This document shows positions 62,385 to 64,000 of a stretch of DNA of 64,000 nucleotides, piece after piece. The DNA lies in assembly GCA_963799775.1 (NCBI GenBank), contig CAWCYD010000002.1:32001-96000 (forward strand), written 5' to 3'. The first letter of the stretch is position 1. Every line of letters begins with the position of its first letter. The position numbers and the translations under genes are program-made. The DNA comes from an uncultured archaeon (GTDB taxonomy: Archaea > Thermoproteota > Nitrososphaeria > Nitrososphaerales > Gagatemarchaeaceae). Below the pieces are notes generated by a model. The model saw only the letters and a list, made by a program, of their open reading frames with translations, was not told the origin of the DNA and searched no databases.

Positions 62385-63164
62385 TCAGATGCCTTCCGCG
62401 ATGTCGTCGACCGTCTCGACCACCGCGTCTGCCTGAGTTTTCGTCTCACCCCGGGAGAAGACCCCTGTCTTGACGATGATGCTCGTTATCCCCATCTTCT
62501 TCGCACCGACGATGTCCGTCTCCTCCTGGTCTCCCACCATCACCGCGTCCTCTGGCCTGCACCCGGCCTTCTCCAGGGCGAGCTCGAACATCAGCCGCGA
62601 CGGCTTGCCTATGGCGACGGCCCTCTTCCCGGACGCGTACTCTATCGCCTTGACGAGAGGGCCCACGGCCATGGCCACCCTGTTCCTGAACATGTAGAGC
62701 CGGGCGTTGTGGCAGGACACGATGGAGGCTCCGTTCCTCGCGACCTCCGCTGCCTTGTCCAATTTGTCGTAAGTGACCCACCTGTCCAGGCCCACAACGA
62801 CGACGTCGGCCTTGGTCCCTCTAGTCCTGCGCAGACCTTCCTTGTTGAGCTCCTCCTCCAGCCCGCGCTCGCCCACGAGGAAGTAGGCACCCTTGGGGTG
62901 GCGCTTCGCCACGTACTGGGCCGTGAGCTTGGCGCTTGTGAGTATCTCCTCGTACTTGACAGGAATGTCGAACCTCTGCAGCCGTTCGAGCACGGTCTCG
63001 ACCGTGTCGGTCGAGTCGTTCGTGACGACGAAGAACCGCTTTCCCTTGGCCCTTATCTTGTTCATGACCTTCGTGCCGCCCAGCTTCACAGGGCTCTCCT
63101 TCCCAGCCGTCAAGACGCCGTCGAGGTCGAAAAGGAAAAGCTTCTTCCTTTTCAGGTCTATCAT
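62385..63164 (-). CDS. HAD-IIA hydrolase (NagD-like)
   Basis: FDLDGVL, VTND, IGKPS, MVGDQEETDIVGA. Confidence 0.9.
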   Translation of the reverse strand: MIDLKRKKLFLFDLDGVLTAGKESPVKLGGTKVMNKIRAKGKRFFVVTNDSTDTVETVLERLQRFDIPVKYEEILTSAKLTAQYVAKRHPKGAYFLVGERGLEEELNKEGLRRTRGTKADVVVVGLDRWVTYDKLDKAAEVARNGASIVSCHNARLYMFRNRVAMAVGPLVKAIEYASGKRAVAIGKPSRLMFELALEKAGCRPEDAVMVGDQEETDIVGAKKMGITSIIVKTGVFSRGETKTQADAVVETVDDIAEGI

Positions 63165-63347
63165 AATCTGCAAAAAAGCCGACGTCTCGGGTGACGATAT
63201 ATGACTTGCGGCACGACTGGCCTCCAACGACGCGGTCCCAGGGTTTGCGACGGGCAAAGCCTAATACCAGAGGGCCGTCCGATTGCTCCTTCGCTTGGAG
63301 AACGCCCTACATGTGCCAAGAGCACAAGGCGATGGGTCAAGATCCCG

Positions 63348-64000
63348 ATGTTGAGACCAGTCGCAATCCAGCGAAGGAGGAGGTCCACCGGCGAGACGCC
63401 CAAGTCAAGCCTGGACTCGGGAGAGACAGCGATAGTCGTCTTCGGCGCGTCTGGTGACGTGACGAGTCGAAAGCTCGTGCCGGCGCTCCACTCTCTGCAA
63501 TGCGCAGGCCTGGTCGGGAAGCAGATGCGGATCATCGGTTTCTCCAGAAGCAAGATGTCAGAGCAGGCCTTCCGCGAGAAGCTCCGCTCCGGAGTCATGC
63601 AGCACGCCCGGATAAAGCCGGGCAAGAGGAATCCTTGGAGAAGGTTCTCCGAGAACATCTCGTACCTGCAGGGGCGATACGACGACCCCAAGGGCTACCG
63701 CGCCCTCTCGGAGATGATCGAGGACGACGTGAATTGCCTGTTCTATCTGGCCACTCCGCCGGAGCTCTTCCCGATAATCGTGGGCCAGCTGGGCAGGTCG
63801 AAGCTCGGAAGCTCTGACTCGTCCTGGCGGCGGATAATGGTGGAGAAGCCCTTCGGCGTAGACCAGCGGACCGCCCATCAATTGAACTCCTCCATCCACG
63901 ACGTCTTCCGCGAGGACCAGGTCTACCGGATCGACCACTACCTGGGAAAGGAGACGGTCCAGAACATCCTGACGCTTCGCTTTGCCAACGTGATATTCGA
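63348..64000 (+). CDS. zwf: glucose-6-phosphate 1-dehydrogenase, 3'-truncated by window edge
   Basis: My translation: IVVFGASGDVTSRKLVPAL, LFYLATPP, VEKPFG, YRIDHYLGKETVQN. Confidence 0.93.
   Translation, partial: MLRPVAIQRRRRSTGETPKSSLDSGETAIVVFGASGDVTSRKLVPALHSLQCAGLVGKQMRIIGFSRSKMSEQAFREKLRSGVMQHARIKPGKRNPWRRFSENISYLQGRYDDPKGYRALSEMIEDDVNCLFYLATPPELFPIIVGQLGRSKLGSSDSSWRRIMVEKPFGVDQRTAHQLNSSIHDVFREDQVYRIDHYLGKETVQNILTLRFANVIF

Noticed and set aside
61758-63194. 478-aa ArsR fusion protein
   Set aside because: The C-terminal half is the antisense of the HAD gene; likely read-through from an indel.

Overview
GC-rich archaeal DNA, most likely Nitrososphaerota/Thaumarchaeota. The lineage is inferred from TFB, archaeal wHTH paralogues, a PEF-type anchored cupredoxin, TATA-like promoters and TTG/GTG starts. 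About 20 genes are split by single-base indels, which look like long-read errors rather than true pseudogenes. Bases 1-10 kb are a lower-GC accessory/defence region: amino-MTase, Vsr, Dcm, type II REase, a Schlafen/AlbA_2 protein, a PD-(D/E)XK nuclease and a candidate 70-nt ncRNA. This region also has three direct copies of a ~71-bp double-palindrome element with dif-like 11-6-11 geometry that bracket toxin-antitoxin-bearing gene blocks. Bases 10-32 kb hold transport, metal-resistance and secreted proteins. Bases 32-54 kb hold a Pel/galactosaminogalactan-like exopolysaccharide cluster (GlmS, PelF-like GT4, epimerase, PelG-like protein, two spherulin-4/GH135 hydrolases, ATP-grasp, WbqC, PIG-L). 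Interleaved with it are a divergent TFB, wHTH regulators, a GvpD-like ATPase, a gas-vesicle operon and two-component genes. The window ends with tdh/kbl, a HAD hydrolase and a bacterial-type zwf. All family calls come from motif recognition by eye; no database searches were run.
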